From Gracilibacteraceae bacterium (GTDB lineage: Bacteria; Bacillota; Desulfitobacteriia; Desulfitobacteriales; Syntrophobotulaceae): DNA of 34,695 bases. The position numbers were made by a program, and so were the translations under genes. Each line of letters begins with the position of its first letter. Position 1 is the first letter of the stretch. Below are positions 25,134 to 33,677 of this stretch, in pieces. A model generated the notes under the pieces. That model searched no databases and was not told the origin of the DNA. It saw nothing but the letters and a program-made list of their open reading frames with translations. The DNA lies in contig JAISEW010000014.1 of the NCBI GenBank assembly GCA_031263945.1, forward strand, positions 1 through 34,695, in the 5' to 3' direction.

Positions 25134-26987
25134 TCAATCCGCGCCTTGATACAGCTGGTAATACCGCCCTTTGGCCGCCAGCAGCGACTCGTGGTCGCCG
25201 CGCTCGATCACGCGGCCCTGCTCCATCACCATGATCGCTTTGGCGTTTTGCACGGTGGAGAGGCGGTGGGCGATCACAAAAACCGTGCGCCCTTCCATCA
25301 GGCTGTCCATGCCTTTTTGCACGATAGCCTCCGTGCGCGTGTCGATGCTGGAAGTCGCCTCGTCCAGAATCATCACCGGCGGGCTCAGCACCGCGGCCCT
25401 GGCGATGGAGAGCAGCTGGCGCTGCCCCTGGGAAAGACTGCCGCCGTCGCCGTCGATCACCGTGTCATAACCTTCCGGCAGGCGCTCGATAAAATCATGG
25501 GCGTTCGCCAGCCGCGCGGCCGCGACCACTTCCTCGTCCGTGGCGTCCAGCCGCCCGTAGCGGATGTTTTCCCAGACCGATCCCGTAAAAAGGCGCGTGT
25601 CCTGCAGCACCATGCCCAGCGAGCGGCGGAGGGCGCTTTTGCTGATCTCGCCGATCGGCACTCCGTCAAAGAGGACGACGCCTTCCGTTATTTCATAAAA
25701 ACGGTTCAACAGATTGGTGACCGTCGTTTTACCGGCGCCGGTCGCCCCGACGAAAGCTATCTTCTGGCCGGGTTTCGCGTAAAGAGAAATGTCGCGCAGC
25801 ACGGGTTTGTCCTCGGTATAGCCAAAATTGACCCCCCGGAACTCCACCTGGCCCCGCGCCTCGACATATTCCGCGCCCGTCTCTCCCGGCCGGCGCCAGG
25901 CCCAGCGCGCCGCGGCCGCCTGGCTGGGGGCCAGGATCCCGCCCTTTTCCTCCACTGCCGCCAGCGTCACGACGCCGTCGTCCGTCTCCGTCTCTTCATC
26001 CAATAATTGGAAAATTCTCTCCGCCCCGGCCAACGCCATGACGACGGAGTTGATCTGCATGGAGATCTGGGCGATCGGCATGGCAAAACTGCGGGACAGG
26101 GAAAGAAAGGCCCCGATCGCCCCCAGCGTCACCCCGCCGACGCCGGCCGCGGCCAGAGCGCCGCCCAGCACCGCGATCAGCACATATTGCAGATTGCCGA
26201 TATTGGCCATGATGGGCATGAGGATATTGGCAAACCGGTTGGCCGACGCCGCCTGCCGGGCCAGAGCGTCGTTTTTGGCGTCGAAAACAGCCTTGACCTC
26301 CTCCTCGCGGCAGAAGACCTTCACCACTTTTTGCCCGTTGATCATCTCCTCGATGTAGCCGTTGACTTCGCCGAGCATTTTTTGCTGCGCCATAAAATGC
26401 CTGGCCGAACGACCGCCCACCTGCCGCACCACGAGCAGCATCAGGCCCACGCAGGCAAAAACGAGCAGCGTCAGCGGCGGATTGATCAGCAGCATGGCGC
26501 AAGTGACCGCCACGATCGTGATGGCGGAGGAAAAAGCCTGGGGGATACTCTGGGAGATCATCTGCTGCAAAGTGTCCACATCGTTGGTGTAGCGGCTCAT
26601 CAGGTCGCCGAACGAGTTGCGGTCAAAAAAACGCACGGGCAAGGACTGCATATGGGCGAACATGTCGTCCCGGACTTTTTTCAGCACGCTCTGCGTGATC
26701 GTGACCATCGCCCGGTTGTAAAACAAGGTCGCGGCGATCCCGGCGGCGTAAACCAAAGCCAGCCAGGCCACCGCTCTGGCCAGGGCGCTGAATTCCGGCC
26801 TCTCGCTCAAAAGCAGCGGCGTGATGTAGTCGTCCACCAGAGTTTCGATAAAACCGGAACCGGCCACGCCGGCCACGGAACTGACGATGATGCAGAGAAA
26901 AACGAAGGCCAAAAGCGCCCGGTAGCGGCCGATATAGCGCAAAAGGCGCAGCGCGGTCTTCAGGGGTTCAGAGTTCTTCTTCGTCAA
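25134..26987 (-). CDS. ABC exporter subunit (fused TMD-NBD), canonical-site half of a heterodimer
   Basis: 617 aa, TTG start with AAGGGGG upstream. Walker A is GATGAGKTT, Walker B ILDEATS (Glu present), H-loop IAHRLST. The signature is non-canonical, LSQGQ. Confidence 0.9.
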   Translation of the reverse strand: MTKKNSEPLKTALRLLRYIGRYRALLAFVFLCIIVSSVAGVAGSGFIETLVDDYITPLLLSERPEFSALARAVAWLALVYAAGIAATLFYNRAMVTITQSVLKKVRDDMFAHMQSLPVRFFDRNSFGDLMSRYTNDVDTLQQMISQSIPQAFSSAITIVAVTCAMLLINPPLTLLVFACVGLMLLVVRQVGGRSARHFMAQQKMLGEVNGYIEEMINGQKVVKVFCREEEVKAVFDAKNDALARQAASANRFANILMPIMANIGNLQYVLIAVLGGALAAAGVGGVTLGAIGAFLSLSRSFAMPIAQISMQINSVVMALAGAERIFQLLDEETETDDGVVTLAAVEEKGGILAPSQAAAARWAWRRPGETGAEYVEARGQVEFRGVNFGYTEDKPVLRDISLYAKPGQKIAFVGATGAGKTTVTNLLNRFYEITEGVVLFDGVPIGEISKSALRRSLGMVLQDTRLFTGSVWENIRYGRLDATDEEVVAAARLANAHDFIERLPEGYDTVIDGDGGSLSQGQRQLLSIARAAVLSPPVMILDEATSSIDTRTEAIVQKGMDSLMEGRTVFVIAHRLSTVQNAKAIMVMEQGRVIERGDHESLLAAKGRYYQLYQGAD

Positions 26988-28716
26988 AATCGCCCCCTTT
27001 CCGCTGCGAATGATAAACTTCCCGGTAAAGCTCGCTGCCGCGCATGAGTTCGGCGTGGGGGCCGACCGCCTGCACCCGGCCTCCGTCCAGCACGACGATC
27101 TTGTCGGCGTCCTGCACGGAAGCGACGCGCTGGGCGATGATCAGCTTGGTCATGGCCGGCAGTTCCTCGCGGAGCGCCCGGCGCAACGCGGCGTCTGTCC
27201 GCGTGTCCACGGCGCTGGTCGAATCGTCCAGGATCAGGATCTTCGGTTTTTTCAGCAGGGCGCGGGCGATGCACAGCCGCTGTTTCTGCCCGCCGGAAAT
27301 ATTGGCGCCGCCCTGCTCGATCACGGAGTCATAGCCGTCGGGCAGAGCGCGGATAAAAGCGTCGGCCTGGGCCAAGCGGCAGGCCCGGACCATTTCTTCC
27401 TCGCCGGCGTCTTCATTGCCCCAGCGCAGATTGTCTTTGACCGTACCGGAAAAAAGCTCGTTTTTCTGCAGCACCACCGCGACCTCGTCGCGCAAGACCC
27501 GCAGATCGTACTCGCGCACGTCGCGGCCGCCCACCTCCACCGCGCCGCCCGTCACGTCGTATAAGCGGGAAATAAGCTGGATCAGGCTGGTCTTGCCGCT
27601 GCCGGTGCCGCCGAGTATGCCGACGGTCTCCCCCGGGGCCACGGACAAGTCAATCCCGTCCAGACACGGTTTGCCGCCCGCGCCGCCGTAGCTGAAACTG
27701 GCGCCGCGAAAAGCCAGCGAGCCGTCCGGGACGACCGTCGCCGCCCCCGGTTCGCTGGTCAGGTCAGATTCCGCCGCCAGCACTGCCGCGATCCTCTCGG
27801 CGGAAGCGCGGGAGATGACGATCATGACAAAAAGCATCGACAGCATCATCAGGCTGAACAGGATCTGCATGGCGTAGGTAAACATGCTCATGAGCTGGCC
27901 GGTGGTCATGGCGCCGCCCACGATCAGCCGCGCCCCGATCCAGGCGATCAGCAGCATGCAGATGTACATGCAGAACTGCATCAGCGGCATGGCCAGAGCC
28001 ATCCTTTTCCCGGCCTTGGACATATCGGCGAAAATGGACTCAGAAACGCGCCCAAATTTTTCCTTCTCATAATCTTCGCGCACGAAGGATTTGACCACCC
28101 GGATGCCGCGCACGTTTTCCCGCACGATCTTGTTCAGGTGGTCGTAAGTGGTGAAAACCCGCATGAATATGGGGTGGACATGCCGCAGGATCAAGTAGAC
28201 GGCCAGCGCCAGCACCGGCACCGCCGCCAGGAAAACCAGCGAAAGCGTGGCCTGGACGCGAAAAGCCATGGCAAAGGCCAGCGTCAGCATCAAAGGGCTG
28301 CGCACCGCCATGCGCAGCAGCATCTGGAAGGCCATTTGCACATTCGTGACGTCGGAGGTGAGACGCGTGACCAGACTTTCTGTGGTAAATTTATCCAGCT
28401 GGCGGAAGGAAAAAGTCTGGATATTATAAAACATGGCCCGCCGAAGGTTGCGGGCAAACCCGGCGGAGGCGGAGGCGGCAAAAGAACCGCTCAGCACGCC
28501 GCAGAGCAGCGCCAGCGCCGCGCAGACAGTCAGGACAGCGCCCATTTTCCAAATATAATCGGTCTGTCCGCCGTCTATCCCGATGTCGATCAGACCCGCC
28601 ATCAAAAAAGGGATGACGACCTCCATGACGACCTCGCCGCCCATGAACAGCGGCGAAAGCCAGGCGTCCCGCTTATATTGCCCAATACAGCGGAGCAGAC
28701 GTTTTATCAATCCCAT
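26968..28716 (-). CDS. ABC exporter subunit (fused TMD-NBD), degenerate-site half of a heterodimer
   Basis: 582 aa. Walker A is GGTGSGKTS and the signature ISGGQ. Walker B is ILDDSTS (Asp replaces the catalytic Glu) and the H-loop is IAQRVAS (Gln replaces His). It overlaps the partner gene by 20 nt. Confidence 0.9.
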   Translation of the reverse strand: MGLIKRLLRCIGQYKRDAWLSPLFMGGEVVMEVVIPFLMAGLIDIGIDGGQTDYIWKMGAVLTVCAALALLCGVLSGSFAASASAGFARNLRRAMFYNIQTFSFRQLDKFTTESLVTRLTSDVTNVQMAFQMLLRMAVRSPLMLTLAFAMAFRVQATLSLVFLAAVPVLALAVYLILRHVHPIFMRVFTTYDHLNKIVRENVRGIRVVKSFVREDYEKEKFGRVSESIFADMSKAGKRMALAMPLMQFCMYICMLLIAWIGARLIVGGAMTTGQLMSMFTYAMQILFSLMMLSMLFVMIVISRASAERIAAVLAAESDLTSEPGAATVVPDGSLAFRGASFSYGGAGGKPCLDGIDLSVAPGETVGILGGTGSGKTSLIQLISRLYDVTGGAVEVGGRDVREYDLRVLRDEVAVVLQKNELFSGTVKDNLRWGNEDAGEEEMVRACRLAQADAFIRALPDGYDSVIEQGGANISGGQKQRLCIARALLKKPKILILDDSTSAVDTRTDAALRRALREELPAMTKLIIAQRVASVQDADKIVVLDGGRVQAVGPHAELMRGSELYREVYHSQRKGGDFDEEEL

Positions 28717-28783
28717 GGCTCACCTCGCCGCTTTCTCGCTCTTAAAGAAATACCCGCCCGGTTGGTCGGTCAGGCAACTTCAT

Positions 28784-28812
28784 ATTGTAGCCTGTTTTAG
28801 CGGAGGCGTCAA
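28784..28812 (-). promoter_or_regulatory. Promoter of the ABC exporter operon
   Basis: The minus strand reads TTGACG (28812..28807), a 17-nt spacer, then TACAAT (28789..28784), about 70 nt upstream of the ATG at 28716. Confidence 0.65.
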
Positions 28813-28937
28813 GCAATTTTTATAAAAGGGATATTTAGGTAAAACTGGGTTGTGTTGATAGTTGACGTTGCCCGCGGGACGCGGCATAAACGCGATAGGC
28901 GCGATAGCCAGGTTGGTTTGACGGGCCGTCGAAAAAT

Positions 28938-28966
28938 TTGACAAAAAAAATACCGCCATGTATAAT
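28938..28966 (+). promoter_or_regulatory. Perfect-consensus sigma-70/SigA promoter at the left edge of the low-GC island
   Basis: TTGACA (28938-28943), a 17-nt spacer, then TATAAT (28961-28966) with TG immediately upstream of the -10. It faces the GIY-YIG/DGQHR/PAPS-reductase operon, about 230 nt upstream of its first ATG. Confidence 0.7.
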
Positions 28967-29194
28967 CAAGATACAATAGCTATTTGACCTCGCCGCGAAA
29001 TGCAACTTCGGTTTAACAAATCTTATCGTAATTGAATCCGCACATACACAACAGCAGGTTATTGCCCCCGAAAACATAATCGCCGAGCTGGGCACGCAAC
29101 CAAATGCCAAAGACGTTTTATACTTACGGATACATTGACAGAAGCACGATCGATATTGATGAAATCATGGATAAGGCCAGAAGGAGGATGAGCG

Positions 29195-29713
29195 ATGGGA
29201 GAAATTGACCTTGTTGGCGCCAATATCGCCCTGTCAAGTATTCAATTTATACTAAACACTACTTTGTGGGATAGCTTTAATCCGAAGGTTATGAGCATTA
29301 TCTCACAGCCGCAGTCCTGGCGCGAAGTAAAACTGCTTGCTCCCGATGGAAAAAGTAATCCGCAGCTTCGTACAATCCCAAACGACAAAGGCGGCATATA
29401 TTTGATTCTGGCCAAACCAAACATTTTGCCTGAATCGTGCCTGTACTTAATGTACATTGGACGCGCTCATATAACGGCAGATCACAATTTAAGAAAACGC
29501 TGTTCGCAATATCCCACGGAAAAAGAACGCCCTAAGATAAAGCGACTGATTGAGCAATGGGGGCGATATTTATATGTCAGATACCTCCCGTTAGACGGCA
29601 ATGACATAATAGACGTTGTCGAAGACGAACTTATCAATATAATCCTGCCTCCTTTCAATGACAGGATACCAAATAAAAAAATAAGCGCTGCGGTCAAAGC
29701 GTTTGCCATGTAA
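29195..29713 (+). CDS. GIY-YIG domain nuclease-like protein
   Basis: 172 aa with AGGAGG 7 nt upstream. Motifs in order: GGIYLILAK (GIY), LMYIGRA (YIG), LRKR (conserved Arg region), EDELINIILPPFND (catalytic Glu ... Asn). Confidence 0.75.
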   Translation: MGEIDLVGANIALSSIQFILNTTLWDSFNPKVMSIISQPQSWREVKLLAPDGKSNPQLRTIPNDKGGIYLILAKPNILPESCLYLMYIGRAHITADHNLRKRCSQYPTEKERPKIKRLIEQWGRYLYVRYLPLDGNDIIDVVEDELINIILPPFNDRIPNKKISAAVKAFAM

Positions 29714-29726
29714 AGGGGTGTGAAAT

Positions 29727-30998
29727 ATGAAAATACCGGCCATACGCGCTAAAGTTGGAATATGGGTTTACTATGTTTCAACACTGACTTACGCGCAGGT
29801 TAAAGAACATGTTAAAATGGTGGACAAGGAACTCCATAAATCGGCTGTTCTCAGTGAAATGCTGCAGCGGAGCATAACAAACAACTATAAACAAATTGCC
29901 GCCTATATCATGCAGCAGGAGGAGCGTTTTTTCAATTCTCTGGTGCTGGCTGTATATGACGGCGACCCGCAATGGCATGAAATCCGCTTGGATTATGGCG
30001 ACGACGAAGAATACTACGATATCGGGCTGCTTGAGTTAACGGGCGAAGAAAAAATCTTTCCTGTGGACGGGCAGCACCGCGTTGAGGGCATTAAAAAAGT
30101 TCTCCGCGAATCTGATCAGTTTAACGAAGAACGTATTCCGGTGATTTTTATCGGTCACAGAAACGACGACGACGGCATGAAACGCGCGAGAAGACTGTTC
30201 AGCACTCTGAACCGTTACGCAAAACCGGTTTCCCAAAGAGATATCATCGCCCTTGACGAAGACGATTCTGTAGCCATCGCTTCGCGCGAGCTGATTGAAA
30301 ATCATCCGTTATTTGAAAACGAGCGGATATTGGATTCTAAGACCAAGGCTATTCCCGAAAACAATAAAAAAGCGTTTACAACGATCATCACTTTTTATGA
30401 GTGTAATTATGAGTTGATGCATCTTTTCCTAGAGTCCAGGACGGTGAAAGATTCTGACGGAAGGAAAATGCGCGGGCGCTCAAAGGCAAGAGAGTATATC
30501 CGATTCAGGCCGGATCAGCCGGAGCTTGACGGATTTATCAGCCTGTGCGTTGATTTTTGGAATGCCGTTTCCTCTGAAATTTCCTGCGTTCGCGAGTATC
30601 TGGCCGCGGCTCCCGCCGCCGAACGCTTCCGTAACAAGGTTGACGGGGGCTTATTGCCGTTTCGGCCCGCCGCCTTGATTCCTCTCGTTAAGGCGGTCGT
30701 TCATATCCATAAAAAAACCGGAGAATCATTTAATGAAGTGCTTCGAAAAATTAATACACTGCCTTTAAAAATATCTGACAATATTTGGGCCGGAATCCTT
30801 TGGGATAAAAATAACCAGAAAATGATCATGAATCACCAAAAGGTTGTTGAGCTTTGTCTTGTTCTTCTCTATGATCCCGCGTTATCATCAGAAAAAGAAA
30901 AGCAACATTTGGTGGATGGATATGCTTCCGCAACTCAAACGCGCAAAGAAGAGGCTGAAAGCGCGTTGGGTATCTGCGTAACGAAAAGTGATACCTGA
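29727..30998 (+). CDS. DGQHR-domain protein (DndB-like, ParB/Srx fold)
   Basis: 423 aa. It has the literal DGQHR motif in FPVDGQHRVEGI, the downstream RRLFSTLNRYAKPVSQRDIIALDEDD motif as in DndB, and the N-terminus IPAIRAKVGIWVYYVSTLTYAQV typical of the family. Confidence 0.8.
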   Translation: MKIPAIRAKVGIWVYYVSTLTYAQVKEHVKMVDKELHKSAVLSEMLQRSITNNYKQIAAYIMQQEERFFNSLVLAVYDGDPQWHEIRLDYGDDEEYYDIGLLELTGEEKIFPVDGQHRVEGIKKVLRESDQFNEERIPVIFIGHRNDDDGMKRARRLFSTLNRYAKPVSQRDIIALDEDDSVAIASRELIENHPLFENERILDSKTKAIPENNKKAFTTIITFYECNYELMHLFLESRTVKDSDGRKMRGRSKAREYIRFRPDQPELDGFISLCVDFWNAVSSEISCVREYLAAAPAAERFRNKVDGGLLPFRPAALIPLVKAVVHIHKKTGESFNEVLRKINTLPLKISDNIWAGILWDKNNQKMIMNHQKVVELCLVLLYDPALSSEKEKQHLVDGYASATQTRKEEAESALGICVTKSDT

Positions 30999-31037
30999 GC
31001 AGTTGCGTATTTGATAAACCTGAAAAGAGGATTGACC

Positions 31038-32768
31038 ATGTGGTGCAATAGTTGTCACCGCGAGACGACGAAAGATAAATGCGAACTTTGCGGGACGGAA
31101 ACCGAACGGGAAATCCCTCTTGAAGTTTATTGGTGTTCGACCTGCAGAGTTCCCGTGATTAAATACGTAAGCGCTGTTGACCGTGACGCTTGCCCTGCTT
31201 GCGGTAGGGAGACTGAATATTTATGCGCCGATTTACGCCCCGTGTTCCCGGAGGAACGTCTGCTATTTGAGATAATCCAAGGGAAGCCGCTCGCGCACAT
31301 CAATCATAGCGTTTGGGCATCGAACAACCGTTATTATATAGACGGAAAGCCGCTTGTGATTGGTTCGTCTTTCTATAAGAAACTCTCACCTGACGCGATA
31401 CGGACACAACTTGAAAAATATGCACCCAATAACTGCTATGAAGACTTCGACGCAATGGTTGTGCGCTTTGTCGAGGCGAACAAAGTTCGGCTTGACGAAA
31501 TCGTCAGTGAAGCCCATAGCTTCATAAAAGATACCGCCGCGCAATATCCGAACGAGAGCGTTGTCGTCTCGTTTTCGGGCGGCAAGGATTCTACCGTTAC
31601 AGCGGACTTGGCTATACGCGTTCTCGGTGATCCATGCCTTGTGCATGTCTTTGGGAACACAACGCTGGAGTTCCCTATGACGCTTGATTATGCCGCCCGT
31701 TATCGCAGGGACAATCCAAAAGCTATATTTAAGACCGCCATAAATAACGAACAGGATTTTTATTCCGTCTGTGAAGACATTGGCCCACCCGCGAGAATGT
31801 TACGTTGGTGTTGCTCAATGTTCAAAACGGGACCTATTACGCGCGTATTGAACAGGTTGTACGACGACAGCGGCATATTGTCATTCTACGGCATACGCAA
31901 GTGCGAGTCGCTTTCCCGAAGTCGTTATAACCGCGTGGAAGACAATGCAGAGTCGGTGAAGATTCAAAAGCAGAAAGTCGCCTCGCCGATTTTTCTGTGG
32001 AAAGACATTGACGTGTGGCTGTATATCCTCGGCGAGGGTATAGACTTCAATGACGCTTACCGTATCGGCTATGACCGCGTGGGGTGTTGGTGCTGTCCGA
32101 ATAACAACGCGAGGGCGCAGTTTCTCTCGAAAATCTATATGCCGGTGCAGTTTGATAAGTGGCGCAACTTTCTTGTTGGCTTCGCAAAACGCATCGGCAA
32201 GCCCGATGCGGAGGAGTATATTGACAGCGGCGCGTGGAAAGCGCGGCAGGGAGGCAACGGCGTGGCGGCGGCGCAGGACATTAAAATCCGCTACACGAAT
32301 TGCACGACCGAAGCACACGCGAAAGTTTATCGGCTAAACAAGCCGATTGATAACAGCTTTAGCAATCTTTTTATACCGCTCGGGCGTATTGCGCCCGAAC
32401 TGGGACGAAAACTCATAAATGAGATTATGGTTGTGGATGTGAATACGAACGTGCCGATACTTTCGATACAACCGTTCGCACAGGACGGGTATGACTACGC
32501 TGTCAAAGTCAAGACGCTAAACGTAGCGAGGCACGACGATTTACAGCGAATGGTCGGCTATCAGATAAAAAAGTACAACGCTTGCCGGAAGTGCTTAAAA
32601 TGCGAGTCGCTTTGCCGGCACAGGGCAATTTCTATTGTCGGCGGTGAATACCACATCAGCAATGAGCGGTGCAAGCGGTGCAAAATGTGCGTAACAGCGA
32701 AATACCTTGAGGGCGGTTGCCTGATGGATAAGTATTTGAAAACGAAAACAGGGGCGGCGAGTATATGA
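31038..32768 (+). CDS. PAPS-reductase-family PP-loop ATP pyrophosphatase (DndC/SspD/BrxP-like) fused to an N-terminal double zinc ribbon and a C-terminal 2x[4Fe-4S] ferredoxin-like motif
   Basis: ATG at 31038 (the ORF track begins at 31011). N-terminal CNSC-x9-CELC and CSTC-x17-CPAC. PP-loop VVSFSGGKDST. GCWCCP motif. C-terminal CRKCLKCESLC and CKRCKMC...C. Confidence 0.85.
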   Translation: MWCNSCHRETTKDKCELCGTETEREIPLEVYWCSTCRVPVIKYVSAVDRDACPACGRETEYLCADLRPVFPEERLLFEIIQGKPLAHINHSVWASNNRYYIDGKPLVIGSSFYKKLSPDAIRTQLEKYAPNNCYEDFDAMVVRFVEANKVRLDEIVSEAHSFIKDTAAQYPNESVVVSFSGGKDSTVTADLAIRVLGDPCLVHVFGNTTLEFPMTLDYAARYRRDNPKAIFKTAINNEQDFYSVCEDIGPPARMLRWCCSMFKTGPITRVLNRLYDDSGILSFYGIRKCESLSRSRYNRVEDNAESVKIQKQKVASPIFLWKDIDVWLYILGEGIDFNDAYRIGYDRVGCWCCPNNNARAQFLSKIYMPVQFDKWRNFLVGFAKRIGKPDAEEYIDSGAWKARQGGNGVAAAQDIKIRYTNCTTEAHAKVYRLNKPIDNSFSNLFIPLGRIAPELGRKLINEIMVVDVNTNVPILSIQPFAQDGYDYAVKVKTLNVARHDDLQRMVGYQIKKYNACRKCLKCESLCRHRAISIVGGEYHISNERCKRCKMCVTAKYLEGGCLMDKYLKTKTGAASI

Positions 32769-33655
32769 GCGTTAAATATAGGGCGCACGATACTTTTTTC
32801 ATAAGAAAAGGCTGGCTCAGTAAAGGCGTGAAGAATATCATAGTCGACCCCGCCGTCTTTGTGAGCCGCGACGCGAACCCGATGGATACGCTCGGCATGG
32901 GCGCGAATATGGTTAAGGCTCTCCGCTACTGGTTGCTGGCGGTAGGGCTGACGGAAGAATACAAAGGACTTAATAACCGCAACGAACAAAAGCTTACGCT
33001 TCTCGGCGAAATGGTTCACGAAAACGACCCGTATATGGAGGAACTTGGCACACTGTGGCTTCTGCATTATAGACTTGCCGCGAACAAAGAAGATGCTACG
33101 GCGTGGTATTTTTTCTTTAACGAGTTTCGTTCGCTGGAATTCACGCGTGATGATTTTATAATACAGACAGAGAATTATCTGCGCGAGCTTGACGAAACCG
33201 TAGCAGAGCGGTCGATTGAGGATGATTACAATTGCGTCATCAATACCTATATACCGCGAATCAAACTCAATCCCAAGAAATTCGACCCGGAGGACAACAT
33301 TGACTGTCCGCTCGGTGAGTTGGGCCTGATTGACATTGTGAACAAGAAGGCTAAAGTATATAAGAAAAGTTCGCCGAAGAAAGACACGCTCCACCCACTG
33401 ATTCTGCTTGCCGTTATACTCGACCAAGCAAACGGAGCGCGGGAGGTTCGTATATCAGAGATTCAGACTAACGCTCGCAATGTCGGAAAAGTGTTCAATC
33501 TGGATGTAATCGCGCTGACCGCATTGCTGTACAAATTGGAAATTTTAGGGTTTATTAAGGTGGTGCGGACAGCGGGGCTTGATGTTATAAAAATCGAAAC
33601 CGACCTTGACTTCTATGGGAGCGTTCGCGAATATTACCGCGCTATCAACGGATAG
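32765..33655 (+). CDS. DUF4007-like protein (SspB-like by my recollection)
   Basis: 296 aa. The N-terminus HDTFFIRKGWLSKG matches the remembered DUF4007 signature (tF-x-lR-x-gWL-x-K). An ATGA overlap couples it to the PAPS-reductase gene. Confidence 0.65.
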   Translation: MSVKYRAHDTFFIRKGWLSKGVKNIIVDPAVFVSRDANPMDTLGMGANMVKALRYWLLAVGLTEEYKGLNNRNEQKLTLLGEMVHENDPYMEELGTLWLLHYRLAANKEDATAWYFFFNEFRSLEFTRDDFIIQTENYLRELDETVAERSIEDDYNCVINTYIPRIKLNPKKFDPEDNIDCPLGELGLIDIVNKKAKVYKKSSPKKDTLHPLILLAVILDQANGAREVRISEIQTNARNVGKVFNLDVIALTALLYKLEILGFIKVVRTAGLDVIKIETDLDFYGSVREYYRAING

Positions 33656-33677
33656 GACTGTGAGGTGATAATGGGTT

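Noticed and set aside
28835-29110. 91-aa minus-strand ORF in the junction between the ABC operon and the island.
   Set aside because: It spans both predicted promoters. It has no RBS, a Cys-rich nonsense-like sequence and no family resemblance.
29104-29208. 34-codon ORF (MPKTFYTYGYIDRSTIDIDEIMDKARRRMSDGRN) in the leader, overlapping the GIY-YIG start out of frame. I considered it as a leader peptide or as evidence of a frameshifted longer gene.
   Set aside because: There is no RBS upstream of its ATG. The GIY-YIG ATG at 29195 has a perfect AGGAGG at 7 nt, and nothing suggests a continuous upstream domain.
32561-33427. 288-aa minus-strand ORF antisense to the end of the PAPS-reductase gene and most of the DUF4007 gene. 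This is notable because the region is AT-rich, where long spurious ORFs are rarer.
   Set aside because: The translation has no recognisable motif and has odd composition. There is no RBS at its start. The plus-strand genes carry family signatures and are translationally coupled (ATGA). It could still be checked by ribosome profiling.
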